From assembly GCA_047285535.1 (NCBI GenBank), contig JBJBDC010000001.1, forward strand, positions 1,216,136 through 1,280,135: 64,000 nucleotides of DNA, written 5' to 3'. This DNA is from Synechococcus sp. GTDB lineage: Bacteria; Cyanobacteriota; Cyanobacteriia; PCC-6307; Cyanobiaceae. Made by a program: the position numbers and the translations under genes. Below the pieces are notes generated by a model. The model saw only the letters and a list, made by a program, of their open reading frames with translations. It searched no databases and was not told where the DNA came from. Shown here piece by piece: positions 33,266-43,180 of the stretch. Position 1 is the first letter of the stretch, and every line of letters begins with the position of its first letter.

Positions 33266-33448
33266 CCTGAGTATTACTGAGACCTCTGTCTCTAATAGGG
33301 TTTTTATTGAGCATTAAGATGTGTTATGGCCTGGTTTTTTGAAATCAGGGCCCCATTTTCTCAATCCTTAAAACTCACTCTTTTGATCATGCTTCTGAGC
33401 GTGCTGATCGGTACGTGATGCATGAGTAGCTCCAGGAACTGAGTACAT

Positions 33449-33473
33449 AGGCTCCACTTACGTGGGGCTTTTT
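33449..33473 (+). terminator. Probable intrinsic terminator
   Basis: aggctccac-ttac-gtggggctt hairpin (9 bp including G-U pairs) followed by ttt. Confidence 0.6.
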
Positions 33474-33956
33474 GATGAGTACCCATTCGGAGGATCAAGG
33501 ATTCGGAAGCACCGCTCCTCTTGAAGAGATGCAGGCGTGATAACAACTGATGCAAGCTGATTTGCAATGAATAGATCAAGCACTAGGTCTTCAGAAGAAT
33601 TTCCGCAAAAAAGGGGGTTCTCAAAGTCATCGACAGGCTTAGACCTTCACGCTTGTTCAGCAAGTTCTGCAAGAGCTACCCATTCTGGTGGAAGGGAACA
33701 CTGCAATCGCACAGGTTGCCTACTTTTGTAGGGAAGCGATTACCGGTGAAGAAGAGTAGTCGATCCCAATCGCGGCTCATCACCAGAGTTCGAGCCGCTG
33801 GCCTGGAACAGCAAAAGCATGTCGCCATGGGTAAAAAACCCTCCCCTGGGGCTCGAAATAAGAGTGTCGTAAACCATAGAAGCCCTCATCAAAGGAAGCG
33901 CGAAAAACCTAAAGAGAAGAAGAAATTTTCATTCAAACAAGACAGCAAAGTTTAGA

Positions 33957-35681
33957 GTGAATTTATTTGAAACTATGGAAATAAAATCATTCCTCGAAGG
34001 CAACCAAGACTTGGCAGAAGCATTGAGTGCTCTTCCCTTCATTGAAGAACTAGCCGAAACCGATTACGGCAGTATCTCGCTCAATAAATTTATCAACATC
34101 ATGGGTTCGAACGGATTTGAGGCTGAGAGTTTAAGAAGATCACTGCAGCAAGCCGTAGAATCTCTAATTGTAAATAACGAAACCCCACCAGAAGATCCCT
34201 TCAGCATTTCACTGGACGACTGGAAGCCATTAATTGGTGATGAGAGATCTAACGAAATAATCACAGCAATATCAAATTTGAATAAAGAAATTGACCTTGT
34301 AGCTGGTGGGACATCGTCCTCCAATCACAAAGCAGCTAGGGCGGTAGGAGCGACAGTAGTTGCAGCAGCCGGAGCTGCTACGCTTACATTCGCTGCAAAG
34401 AAATTGAAAGAGAACAAAAATAACATTGAGAAAGCCATCGAGATACAGGCCAAAATTGAGGCTGGCACTTTCGTTGAAGGCCGCGACATACCAGCAACAT
34501 GGACAAAAGATTGGCAGAACGCTAAAAAGGAAGTCGAAAGAAAGGCCAAAGATGCTGGAGTGTCACTGGAGGAGTATGAACGACGTGAATTTAGTGATGA
34601 ATTTTTCAGGGTGGGTGGACTGAAAGGCTTAGAGAAGCCTGTTATCAGTGCAATAGACAAAAATTTCCCCATTACAATCCTGCCGGAAGACTTAGCGAAG
34701 GCAAAAACAGCCATCAAGAAAGAACTGAAAACACAAGCCGATAATTTTGCAGAAACACGGTTTGGGATGGAATTCACCCTACATGGAGCAAAAGAAGAAA
34801 TAAAATCAATTGCCGATCAGATGATTGAAGAAAAGGTACTGACGCCAAGGATCTCGACAAGAAAGGTAGACGAATTAGCAACCAAAGCAACAGAAGCTGT
34901 ATTAGAATCATCAATAAAGACATTATACGAAAAAGATAAAGATCTAATAAAATTAATCAGCCCAGAAAACTTAAGAAGATTTGTCAAAGGCAAAATATCT
35001 GAAAGTGATTTAATTGAAAAAATAAAGACTAACAGCGCCTTTGCGAGGGCAAGTAAACGGGCAATACAATTCACAGAACAAGAGAAAGAAATGCTCTTGA
35101 AAGTTCCAACTGAATTCAAAAATAACATCCAAGGGATAAAAATAGACCTGAAAAAGTCAATGAAAAGCGCTTTAGACGATAAATTCAAAGAGACAATCAA
35201 CGAAAGAGCGGGGTTGGCGTTCAAGGAAGATTTTAATAAGGAAGATTTCAATCTTGAAACCTTAATGCCTAATTTAATAGACGATCATACTAAAATAAAG
35301 AAAATTTCCGCCAAGATCACGGCATTATCCGAGTCAGATATAATTAGCGATAAATTTGGAGGTGCAATAACCAAGGATATTGTTAAAGGCGCAGTGCAAG
35401 ATGTAAGAACAGAAGTCAGAAAAGAACTGAGAGACGTAATTGAAAAAGACTTAGTAAGCGCAGGGGAAATGCGTATGGAAAAAGAACTTGACATCGAAAC
35501 AGGAAAAGTTTCGGAAAAGATAGAAAAAGAATATATAGATAAATTTGAAACCCTTATAGATGATACAGCCAAAACGGATGTGGCCAAAGTAGCAAAAGCA
35601 TTTGAAAAAGATATTGCAAATCAACTTGTTAACGACCTTTCAGACTTTGGCGGTGGAAAGATAATAGATAAAATGGAGTAG
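33957..35681 (+). CDS. Large double-glycine-leader protein (574 aa), putative cargo of the adjacent exporter; start possibly ATG 33975
   Basis: EIDLVAGG at aa 111-118, then an Ala/Gly-rich hydrophobic helix and a long K/E-rich helical body. Confidence 0.75.
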   Translation: MNLFETMEIKSFLEGNQDLAEALSALPFIEELAETDYGSISLNKFINIMGSNGFEAESLRRSLQQAVESLIVNNETPPEDPFSISLDDWKPLIGDERSNEIITAISNLNKEIDLVAGGTSSSNHKAARAVGATVVAAAGAATLTFAAKKLKENKNNIEKAIEIQAKIEAGTFVEGRDIPATWTKDWQNAKKEVERKAKDAGVSLEEYERREFSDEFFRVGGLKGLEKPVISAIDKNFPITILPEDLAKAKTAIKKELKTQADNFAETRFGMEFTLHGAKEEIKSIADQMIEEKVLTPRISTRKVDELATKATEAVLESSIKTLYEKDKDLIKLISPENLRRFVKGKISESDLIEKIKTNSAFARASKRAIQFTEQEKEMLLKVPTEFKNNIQGIKIDLKKSMKSALDDKFKETINERAGLAFKEDFNKEDFNLETLMPNLIDDHTKIKKISAKITALSESDIISDKFGGAITKDIVKGAVQDVRTEVRKELRDVIEKDLVSAGEMRMEKELDIETGKVSEKIEKEYIDKFETLIDDTAKTDVAKVAKAFEKDIANQLVNDLSDFGGGKIIDKME

Positions 35682-35833
35682 GTCAAGAAAAAAAAGATAA
35701 GTTCCGACAATTAATTGTGAATATGAGCGCTTCAATAGTGTTATTTCTAAGCAGGTTGCTCATTAGCAAATTGAGCTGTCAGGTCGCTTCCTATTGGAGT
35801 GTCACGGACCAACCATGACCAAACAACTCATAC

Positions 35834-36569
35834 ATGCAAAATCCAATGCCCATCTCACTCACAAGAGTCATCTGAAATTTAGCTCTCATCTCCTGAAAGA
35901 CCACCGACCCTGGCTGAAATGGCTGCAGAAGCTGAGATCGTTCTGCGATGTACCTACAGTTGGCTGAACTGGCGTCACAACAACAGGCTGTGAAACCTGG
36001 AGCGCGTGCCTCCTGTACAGCCCAACAAACACCTGACACCAGGCATCATGAACCACATCGAAATGCAAAAACTGTACTGCTTTTGTAAAGCGAGAAAACG
36101 CAACTTGGAAAAAACAGCGTCGCTAATCTGAAGTGAGAAACGACCAAGGCTGTGTTGCCATCGAAAAGGCCAAACGACTGGCCTAGTCGGAGTGCTTCCC
36201 GAAGAGCAGCAGGGCACAGGGATCGGCTTGATGAGCCGTGCATGGGACTGATTTAACGACAAAGGTCTCGAATGCGATCAGATAATGAACGACAACAGCC
36301 CCAACTACATCACACGCAGAGTTGCCAAAGCTTGCAAGTCGCTGGGCCTTGAGCTCAGACGAACCACTCTGTACACACTGCGGAGCATCGGCAAAACTAA
36401 ACGTTTTGAAAAATCCTTGGTAAAGAGTGGAATTACGAATGTTCGTCAAGAACGCTGAGGAGCACATCCCCTGGCTGCCCTGGGATCTCTGAATCTATAA
36501 CCAGATCAGGGGGCAAACGGTCATCGAAACAATTCAGCTCACCAACGGTTCCATCAGCTGCTCTGCTAA
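35834..36569 (+). pseudogene. IS481-family transposase relic
   Basis: Frameshifted fragments: NAHLTHKSHLK...LAEMAAEAEIVLRCTYSWL (N-terminal HTH), MNHIEMQKL, and GLECDQIMNDNSPNYITRRVAKACKSLGLELRRTTLYTLRSIGKTKRF (rve core, compare TDNG...YTPRTNGKAERF). Confidence 0.85.
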
Positions 36570-36814
36570 TCAACAAGGGAAAAATCAAAGGCAAGTCACA
36601 ATGACAATGCCTTAAATGAATAGAAAGCATGTCAGCTGAAATTAAGTTGCGTCGAAATAAAATCGCAACCGATAAATGACTGGAAAAGACTACGAAGAAA
36701 AAACAAAATAGAGACCAATACATTCAACCAACCATCCCTCATAGACAAATAAAAAATTCATAAAAGCTTTGAGTCAAAACTATTGCGCAAGTCAAGAAAA
36801 ATATGGCCTCATGC

Positions 36815-36859
36815 TTGTTTTGTATATTTGATTCAAATCGAATCAAATATACAAAACAA
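36815..36859. repeat. Perfect 20-bp inverted repeat with a 5-nt spacer
   Basis: ttgttttgtatatttgattc-aaatc-gaatcaaatatacaaaacaa. Confidence 0.95.
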
Positions 36860-36950
36860 AGCAAGACGAGTCTCAAATTCATGAAGAGTTATTGCAGAAT
36901 TAAACCGGCTTAACGGTGGCTGCTAAAAATATAGATATCGATATTTCTCA

Positions 36951-37268
36951 ATGACAAGTTCTACAGCTTTGGACACAAAGGCTGACAGTGAAGGTAGCGA
37001 ACAGTTGTCTGAGAAATTTATTGAATGTCTACAAACTCAAGCTGGTGAGATTGCAGAAAAATTCCCAAACATTAACCCAATGGAGGCTCACGCCTGTGCC
37101 TTGATCTTTGTTGATACATTGGCCAAACTTCATGAGGCTGGACTCGAGGAGTCAGTTAAAGCTGGAGATGCAAGGCAAGCAGGATCTTGGACCAGAGACC
37201 TTACCATTTTTGAAACAGTCATATCACTCCTCAGAAACATCCAACCACTTGATATAGACGCAATATAA
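36951..37268 (+). CDS. Acidic helical hypothetical protein (105 aa)
   Basis: ATG-started ORF in an AT-rich region with protein-like composition. Confidence 0.7.
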   Translation: MTSSTALDTKADSEGSEQLSEKFIECLQTQAGEIAEKFPNINPMEAHACALIFVDTLAKLHEAGLEESVKAGDARQAGSWTRDLTIFETVISLLRNIQPLDIDAI

Positions 37269-37491
37269 TTGTTTAAAGGAGCTATAAAAAACATAATCTT
37301 GGAGATTCCAAGACAATGGAAAGATCATTTATGAATCAATATTCCAAGTCACATCTAGATTTAGCGATAAACAAATACGATCAAAAGAAAAAAATTGAAT
37401 CCTCTGCCTGAAAATACAGTTAGTAAAAAGGATTGCTAAACGAGAAGCCATCACAGAATCTTTGCCATCTAAGCATCTTTTTTTCTAAATT

Positions 37492-37517
37492 TATCCATAC
37501 CTAGAAAGGTATGGATA
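37492..37517. repeat. Perfect 11-bp inverted repeat upstream of the exporter operon
   Basis: tatccatacct-agaa-aggtatggata. Confidence 0.85.
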
Positions 37518-37845
37518 CAAGATCTAAACTGAACAAAACAATGTTCAAAGCGACACCACGTCTTTGAAAAGGGATAAAGAATTGAACAAAAAGGATATTG
37601 AATAAACACAAGTAACGTCAGGTCACGGTTTATTTGCTGTTAACGAATAGAAGCATCACCATGTTAGATATAAAATCATTGGAGGATCGAAGCGAGCAGA
37701 AAGCAAGTAGATCTAATTCATTGCACAGGGAGGAGCAATGGTCGCAATATAAGACAAACCAGCAAGCGTTAGGATATACATATATTTTATTTAAGAGCCT
37801 TGATTTGATGGAAAATAAACGTAAAATACAAAAAAATTAGAGCCT

Positions 37846-39051
37846 GTGAAAAACAAGCTGACAGAAGCAGCTGTCAAGAAACCCTTTCTCATAACGACAG
37901 TCTGCTTGTCAGCCTTAGGAGCTACGACACTAATTTGGTCAATATTTGGAAACCTTAAATTAGAATCAACAGGCATCGGAGTTATTTTGAGGGGCAAACA
38001 TTTTGTCACCATTTCAGCGCAAACAAGCGGAGTAATCAATAAGCAATACTTTAAATTAAACGATAAAGTACTTAAAGGTGAAAAAATTCTGTCTATGGCT
38101 AGCGAAATTAATAAAATCAGATTAGAGCAATCTCTTAAAACAATAAGCGAAACTCAGCCTTTAATTAAGCAAGCAAATAAAGCCGGAGAAGCAGATCTAA
38201 AAATTGCATCTGATTCGATAATCCGAGCGAGAAAGAATTTAGAGGCATCAATGCCAAAACTACAAGAACTTATTAAAGATCAAGAAATTGCATACAACGG
38301 ATTATTGAAGTTGTACTCAAATGGGCAGGTTGGAACACAAGAACTGGCAAATTCATTTTCGACACTATCAAGGCTCAAGCAACAAAGACAAGAATTAAGA
38401 CGACAGCTCCAAAATATAGAATCCAACTACAATCAACTACTGCAACAAAATGCTCAAAATGAAATACAATTAAGTTCAGAGATGATTGCCAATCAATCAC
38501 TGAAAGCTCAATTATTGCAGAAAATTAAACTCGCAAAAAATATACGAGCGCCGTTATCTGGGACAATCGTAAGCTACAACGTACCTGTTGGTGGATTTGC
38601 ACAAGAGGGAGATCCTTTAATAACGCTGAGCCCATCAGAAGGGCCACTGCGGGCAATTATCCTGGTTGGCGCAAAAGATTATGGAAGAGTCAAAGTAGGC
38701 AATAAAGCTTTAATCTCTCCAAGTGCTAGCCCGGCAATTAGATTTGGATATATTGAAGGTAGAGTATTTTCAAAGTCAGAAGCACCTGCAACAAGTGCAG
38801 AGCTAATAAAAGCATTTGGCTCTCAAGAGATAGCTCAAACATTAATCAATAGTTTTTCAAGGCAAGGAAGAGCTGATCTGCCTTATCTTGTTGATATTAT
38901 CATTGATCAAAAGAATAATGAGCCAATTTGGACCCTTGGGAAGCAACCACCGTGGGGTGTCAGTTTAGGAAGTGAGGCATCTGTGAGAATAGTATCAGAT
39001 GAAACGAGTCCTATCAGTTTAGTAATACCCTTTATACGAGGAGGGATATGA
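37846..39051 (+). CDS. HlyD-family adaptor, NHLM bacteriocin-system type
   Basis: N-terminal TM (..IWSIFGNL), ISAQTSG and IRAPLSGTI lipoyl halves around a coiled coil, RFGYIEGRV, and C-terminal W..GKQPP...PISLVIP. Confidence 0.88.
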   Translation: MKNKLTEAAVKKPFLITTVCLSALGATTLIWSIFGNLKLESTGIGVILRGKHFVTISAQTSGVINKQYFKLNDKVLKGEKILSMASEINKIRLEQSLKTISETQPLIKQANKAGEADLKIASDSIIRARKNLEASMPKLQELIKDQEIAYNGLLKLYSNGQVGTQELANSFSTLSRLKQQRQELRRQLQNIESNYNQLLQQNAQNEIQLSSEMIANQSLKAQLLQKIKLAKNIRAPLSGTIVSYNVPVGGFAQEGDPLITLSPSEGPLRAIILVGAKDYGRVKVGNKALISPSASPAIRFGYIEGRVFSKSEAPATSAELIKAFGSQEIAQTLINSFSRQGRADLPYLVDIIIDQKNNEPIWTLGKQPPWGVSLGSEASVRIVSDETSPISLVIPFIRGGI

Positions 39052-41186
39052 ATATAAATAACGCATTAGATTCTCTCCTTCGAAATGCATCGAGACAACC
39101 TCCATTTAATATTATTTTTCAATCAGACGAAACAGAATGCGGATTAGCATCATTAGTAATGGTGCTCAATATTTTTGGCAAAGATATCACGATCGAAAAA
39201 ATACGCAATGATTATGGCTCTACGAGAGGTGGGATGTCTATCGGTGAATTACGAAAACTTTCCATACTCTACGGTCTATTAGCATTGCCAGCAAAAGGAA
39301 ATCTGATTAAAAATGATAAATGCCCTGTAATTATATTTGCACACGGGGATCATTTTGCTGTTCTATGGGAAACCAAGAACAATCAATACTTCATAGCCGA
39401 TCCAGCTGATGGCAACCTTGTGTTGTCTCAATCAGAATTTGATGATTATTACTCTGGCATTTATATTGAGTTCAAAACAACTAGTAAATTCCAGATTACA
39501 GAAGCCAAAAATATTTCAAGAGAGCAAGATTCAACGCCGTCGCTGTCTACACTTTTATATAACAACAAAACCATAAACAGGTTAATAATACTATTTGCGT
39601 TTATTGCAGCATTTTTCACATTATTCAATGCAGCAATTCAAGATGTGTTCATGACCTATGTAGTAGAAGAAGGCCTTACTCTTTGGACAAAAGGCATGAT
39701 ATCTATAACAATAATAGTATCTATTGGCTTAGCATTGGCAACCTTCATGATGCAGATTGCTGCGCAAAGACAACTTCAAAACTCACTTCAGGGATGGAAT
39801 ATTGAACTTTTTAGTTCACTGTTTAGGGCTCCATATCAGTTTTTCATCAATAAAACATCAGGATTAATTGTCTCAAGATTCAATCAACTTGAAGAATCAT
39901 TTACCGGTTATCAATCATCAGTCATTGCGGCTTTAACAGGAGCCCTAAATCTTCTTATATTTATAGTCGCCGTAACAGTAGTCAGTATTCCTCTTGCATT
40001 TATTTCGGTAATAGGAATTGCAGGTTTTATGGCGGTTGGCTATAGGTTCCTCGGAATTAATATACAAAATAATTACCGATTAAGGGAAGCAGAATGTAAA
40101 GTATCTTCTTCTGAATTCAAACTTATACAAGGAAGAAATCAAATAACATTAGAAAACGGTGAGCAATCAATACTCAGAGAATTATCTTCTGGCTATTCAG
40201 CCTTGGGCACATCTCAACTCTCAATACAAACAACAGAGATTAGAAGTGAATTCATGCTTGGCATGATTGATCAATTACTTAACACTTTCCTTCTTATTAT
40301 ATCCTCTATTTTAATCGTCAAGGGCAATCTGACCACAGGAACTTATGCCGCTATCAATGTAATTATTGGAACAGCACTTGAGCCTATTCGGTCACTGGCT
40401 TCCCTAGTAGAGCAACTTCAGAATTCAAGGTTAATTTATAAATCTGCTCTTGACCTTTATCAACCAGAATCAAATGAAGTGATCACCACAAACAATGAAT
40501 TGAATATGGATAACCCTATGCTTAGCCTTTACAAAGTAACATTCAAGTATTCACTTTATGCAGAACCAATCTTTGAAAATATAAGTATCAGAATTGCTCA
40601 TCCTAAAAAGGAATGTATGATTGTAAGGTTATCCGGATCAAGCGGATCTGGGAAAAGTTCATTACTCAACGTGATTTCTGGATTGGTAAAACCGAACACG
40701 GGTTTGGTCAAAGTCTTTGGGATCAACACATCAAACACATCTCCTCAAAAAATCAGGCATATTATTCAATATATCGATAGAAATGTAATCATAGTAAAAG
40801 GATCAGTGGAAATGAACACTAGATTGGGAACAAGTGCAAGTCATAGTGAATACGAAGAGGCTGTGGAGATGTTGGGGCTAAGTTCACAAACAATCTTTAG
40901 CCAACAAAGCAAGCGCTACCTTGCTGATCAATCATCTATTAGCGTAGGTCAATCAATCATGATTGCCCTCGTCCGATCAGTTCTGATCAAACCCAAGTTA
41001 CTCCTAGTTGATGAAGCACTAGTCAGTATTCCTGAACAACTTCATGTCGGAATAATACGTGGGCTGAGAACACTGGGAATAAGCGCAATCATTGTTCAGC
41101 ATGGTAATGACGGCTTTATTTCAAAACTTGCCACTATCGATCTTGATAGGTTTAAAAATGAATCCGGGGAGGCTCTGGAGAAATGA
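39048..41186 (+). CDS. Peptidase-containing ABC transporter (C39 domain + TMD + NBD)
   Basis: QSDETECGLASL (Cys), DHFAVL (His), IADPADG (Asp), TM helices, Walker A GSSGSGKS and Walker B LLLVDE. Confidence 0.92.
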   Translation: MNINNALDSLLRNASRQPPFNIIFQSDETECGLASLVMVLNIFGKDITIEKIRNDYGSTRGGMSIGELRKLSILYGLLALPAKGNLIKNDKCPVIIFAHGDHFAVLWETKNNQYFIADPADGNLVLSQSEFDDYYSGIYIEFKTTSKFQITEAKNISREQDSTPSLSTLLYNNKTINRLIILFAFIAAFFTLFNAAIQDVFMTYVVEEGLTLWTKGMISITIIVSIGLALATFMMQIAAQRQLQNSLQGWNIELFSSLFRAPYQFFINKTSGLIVSRFNQLEESFTGYQSSVIAALTGALNLLIFIVAVTVVSIPLAFISVIGIAGFMAVGYRFLGINIQNNYRLREAECKVSSSEFKLIQGRNQITLENGEQSILRELSSGYSALGTSQLSIQTTEIRSEFMLGMIDQLLNTFLLIISSILIVKGNLTTGTYAAINVIIGTALEPIRSLASLVEQLQNSRLIYKSALDLYQPESNEVITTNNELNMDNPMLSLYKVTFKYSLYAEPIFENISIRIAHPKKECMIVRLSGSSGSGKSSLLNVISGLVKPNTGLVKVFGINTSNTSPQKIRHIIQYIDRNVIIVKGSVEMNTRLGTSASHSEYEEAVEMLGLSSQTIFSQQSKRYLADQSSISVGQSIMIALVRSVLIKPKLLLVDEALVSIPEQLHVGIIRGLRTLGISAIIVQHGNDGFISKLATIDLDRFKNESGEALEK

Positions 41187-43180
41187 TTGCTTATTCAGCA
41201 TCTGAGTATGCTCGTTATCTTCTTGAAAAAAAGAATGGCGAATTGTTGAGCGACCAAAATATCAAGACCAACTTAAGTGATCTTGCCGACAATGAATCGT
41301 TAACTCCAAGACAATTAGTTGAGACACTTTCATTTTATTTGCAAGTTAATGAATTACCCTACAAACACGAGACTGCAGTTTATTTGTCGGGATTAGGTAA
41401 AACAGTGTTTGCGGTATTAGAGACTGCAATTATAAGTCTGGATGATCTCGCAACAGCCAAAAACAACGATGAAATGAAGGATAGCAGTCTTTATGTTTTG
41501 AGCTCTAGTGTTCCGCAGAAAAAGCTAAGTAAGCTTTTGTTCCTCCAAGCGTTCATGAAAAGTCGTTGGAGTATGATACTAACACTTTTAATACTCGGTC
41601 TTCCAGCAGTAATTGCGCCTGCAATTGCAGAATTGCTGCAACAACCATTGTTTGATTCATTAATTCCCGAAGGCAGAATTCCCGCTATATTATTAATAGG
41701 AATAGCATCTATTCTGTTGCAAGCTAGTGGGCAAATCATAAGCAGTGTAAGCAGTCTGCTTTCTACTTACTTTACAAATAATATAGAGCTCGAGTCTAAG
41801 CTTGCAACTGCTAAAAGATTTTTAGATGCCAAACAAGCCTCTATTCCTCAGAAAGATATTGGCTCGTGGCGAATTACATTTAGTGTTGCAAGCTCATTTA
41901 TTGAATCAATTCAGTCGATATTCATTTCAATTCCAATTGCGATTATTTCGCTGATCGCGAATCTGCTAGTCGTTGGTGCATTTACAGATCTTCGTGCCAT
42001 CTGGCATTTATTCCTACTGATGCTTTTGCCGACTGTAATTAGTTCCATCATATCATATATCAGCTCCAACTACTATATAAAAATAATGGCCCAACAATCA
42101 TCCATAGAAACAACAATCTACGAAGTGGTGAAGGATATAAGGGAAATTTGGATGCTCGGATGTGAATCTATTTATCTAAATAGATTCTTTAGGTCTCGAA
42201 AAGCGATGTCAATTAACATGCTCTCAGCAGGTTTACTACAGTCACTATCTTCATCGTTCAATAATTTCTTTCAAGGGATTCTATACGCTTACATCTTTTT
42301 TGAGTTTTATCGCTCAACAGAATCGTCTTCATCGGAGCTATCTGTTGGTGCGCTCCTAGTGATGTATTTTGCGGTTGGTACCATTGGTGGTTCACTAGCA
42401 TCAATCTCCTCTGATCTCGTTGATCTAGCTCAAAGCCTCCCTACCTACTGGATGCCAAATGCTATTAGGGATATTGATGCCTTTGAAAGAAAGTCGTACT
42501 CAAAGGAAAAATGCCCAAGTAAAATCATACTCTCTGATGCAACTTTCTTGTACGGTGACATTCGAGCACCATTTCCGGAACCTATTAATATTAAGTTAGA
42601 ATCGGGTTTCAATTATGCATTAGTAGGACCATCTGGTTCAGGAAAAACAACTTTACTGAATATCATTGCGGGTCAACTATCTTTAACAGAGGGTAAGATG
42701 GAGATCTTTGATCGATTCAACCAAAAGGTAGATATATCACTGTCTGATTGTAATATTCTATATCTTGGGCAAAATACTAGTTTATATGGCTCGATTTTAC
42801 GGGATATTCTTGATCCAACAAAGTCGTTCACAGATAAGCAACTGTATAGTGCCATTTCAAAACTTAATCTAGATGAAATCATGGAATCACTTCCACTTAA
42901 ATTAAAAACACCAATCAATGAATTCAACAGAGATCTCTCTCTCGGACAGCTTCAACGCTTTAAACTTGCAAGGGCACTTCTTACTGATTATGACATTATT
43001 ATGAGCGACGAAATAACATGTCATCTTCCAGAAGATCTGCATTTACAGGCCATTCAGTTATTAAACAATAGATCAAGAATTCACATTTCCTCATTACATA
43101 GACTCTCTGCTGTTTCTCTCTTTGATAAGTGTATTACTTTGAATGGTAATGGAGAAGTTAAGGAGGCCGTTTCAACATGA
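41183..43180 (+). CDS. ABC transporter TMD+NBD without peptidase (second NHLM-type subunit)
   Basis: TM helices, GPSGSGKTT, LSLGQLQRFKLARALL, IMSDEIT and LHRL; 4-bp overlaps with both neighbours. Confidence 0.9.
   Translation: MIAYSASEYARYLLEKKNGELLSDQNIKTNLSDLADNESLTPRQLVETLSFYLQVNELPYKHETAVYLSGLGKTVFAVLETAIISLDDLATAKNNDEMKDSSLYVLSSSVPQKKLSKLLFLQAFMKSRWSMILTLLILGLPAVIAPAIAELLQQPLFDSLIPEGRIPAILLIGIASILLQASGQIISSVSSLLSTYFTNNIELESKLATAKRFLDAKQASIPQKDIGSWRITFSVASSFIESIQSIFISIPIAIISLIANLLVVGAFTDLRAIWHLFLLMLLPTVISSIISYISSNYYIKIMAQQSSIETTIYEVVKDIREIWMLGCESIYLNRFFRSRKAMSINMLSAGLLQSLSSSFNNFFQGILYAYIFFEFYRSTESSSSELSVGALLVMYFAVGTIGGSLASISSDLVDLAQSLPTYWMPNAIRDIDAFERKSYSKEKCPSKIILSDATFLYGDIRAPFPEPINIKLESGFNYALVGPSGSGKTTLLNIIAGQLSLTEGKMEIFDRFNQKVDISLSDCNILYLGQNTSLYGSILRDILDPTKSFTDKQLYSAISKLNLDEIMESLPLKLKTPINEFNRDLSLGQLQRFKLARALLTDYDIIMSDEITCHLPEDLHLQAIQLLNNRSRIHISSLHRLSAVSLFDKCITLNGNGEVKEAVST

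Noticed and set aside
33281..33306. Weak hairpin plus T run right after the rpoD stop
   Set aside because: The stem needs a bulge and several G-U pairs; the hairpin at 33449-33473 is better supported.
33266..33360. tRNA or tmRNA as the island target
   Set aside because: No cloverleaf or T-loop motif seen at either boundary; the duplicated sequence is rpoD coding DNA.
33361..33955. ORF-track entries 33361..33579 and 33653..33955
   Set aside because: No recognisable motifs, non-ATG starts and unprotein-like composition; probably non-coding or an unrecognisable relic.
35791..36723. Cluster of short minus-strand ORFs
   Set aside because: They are largely shadows of the plus-strand IS481 relic.
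37634..37840. 68-aa ORF upstream of hlyD as a possible precursor peptide
   Set aside because: No GG/GA cleavage motif, no leader similarity and no Cys-rich core.
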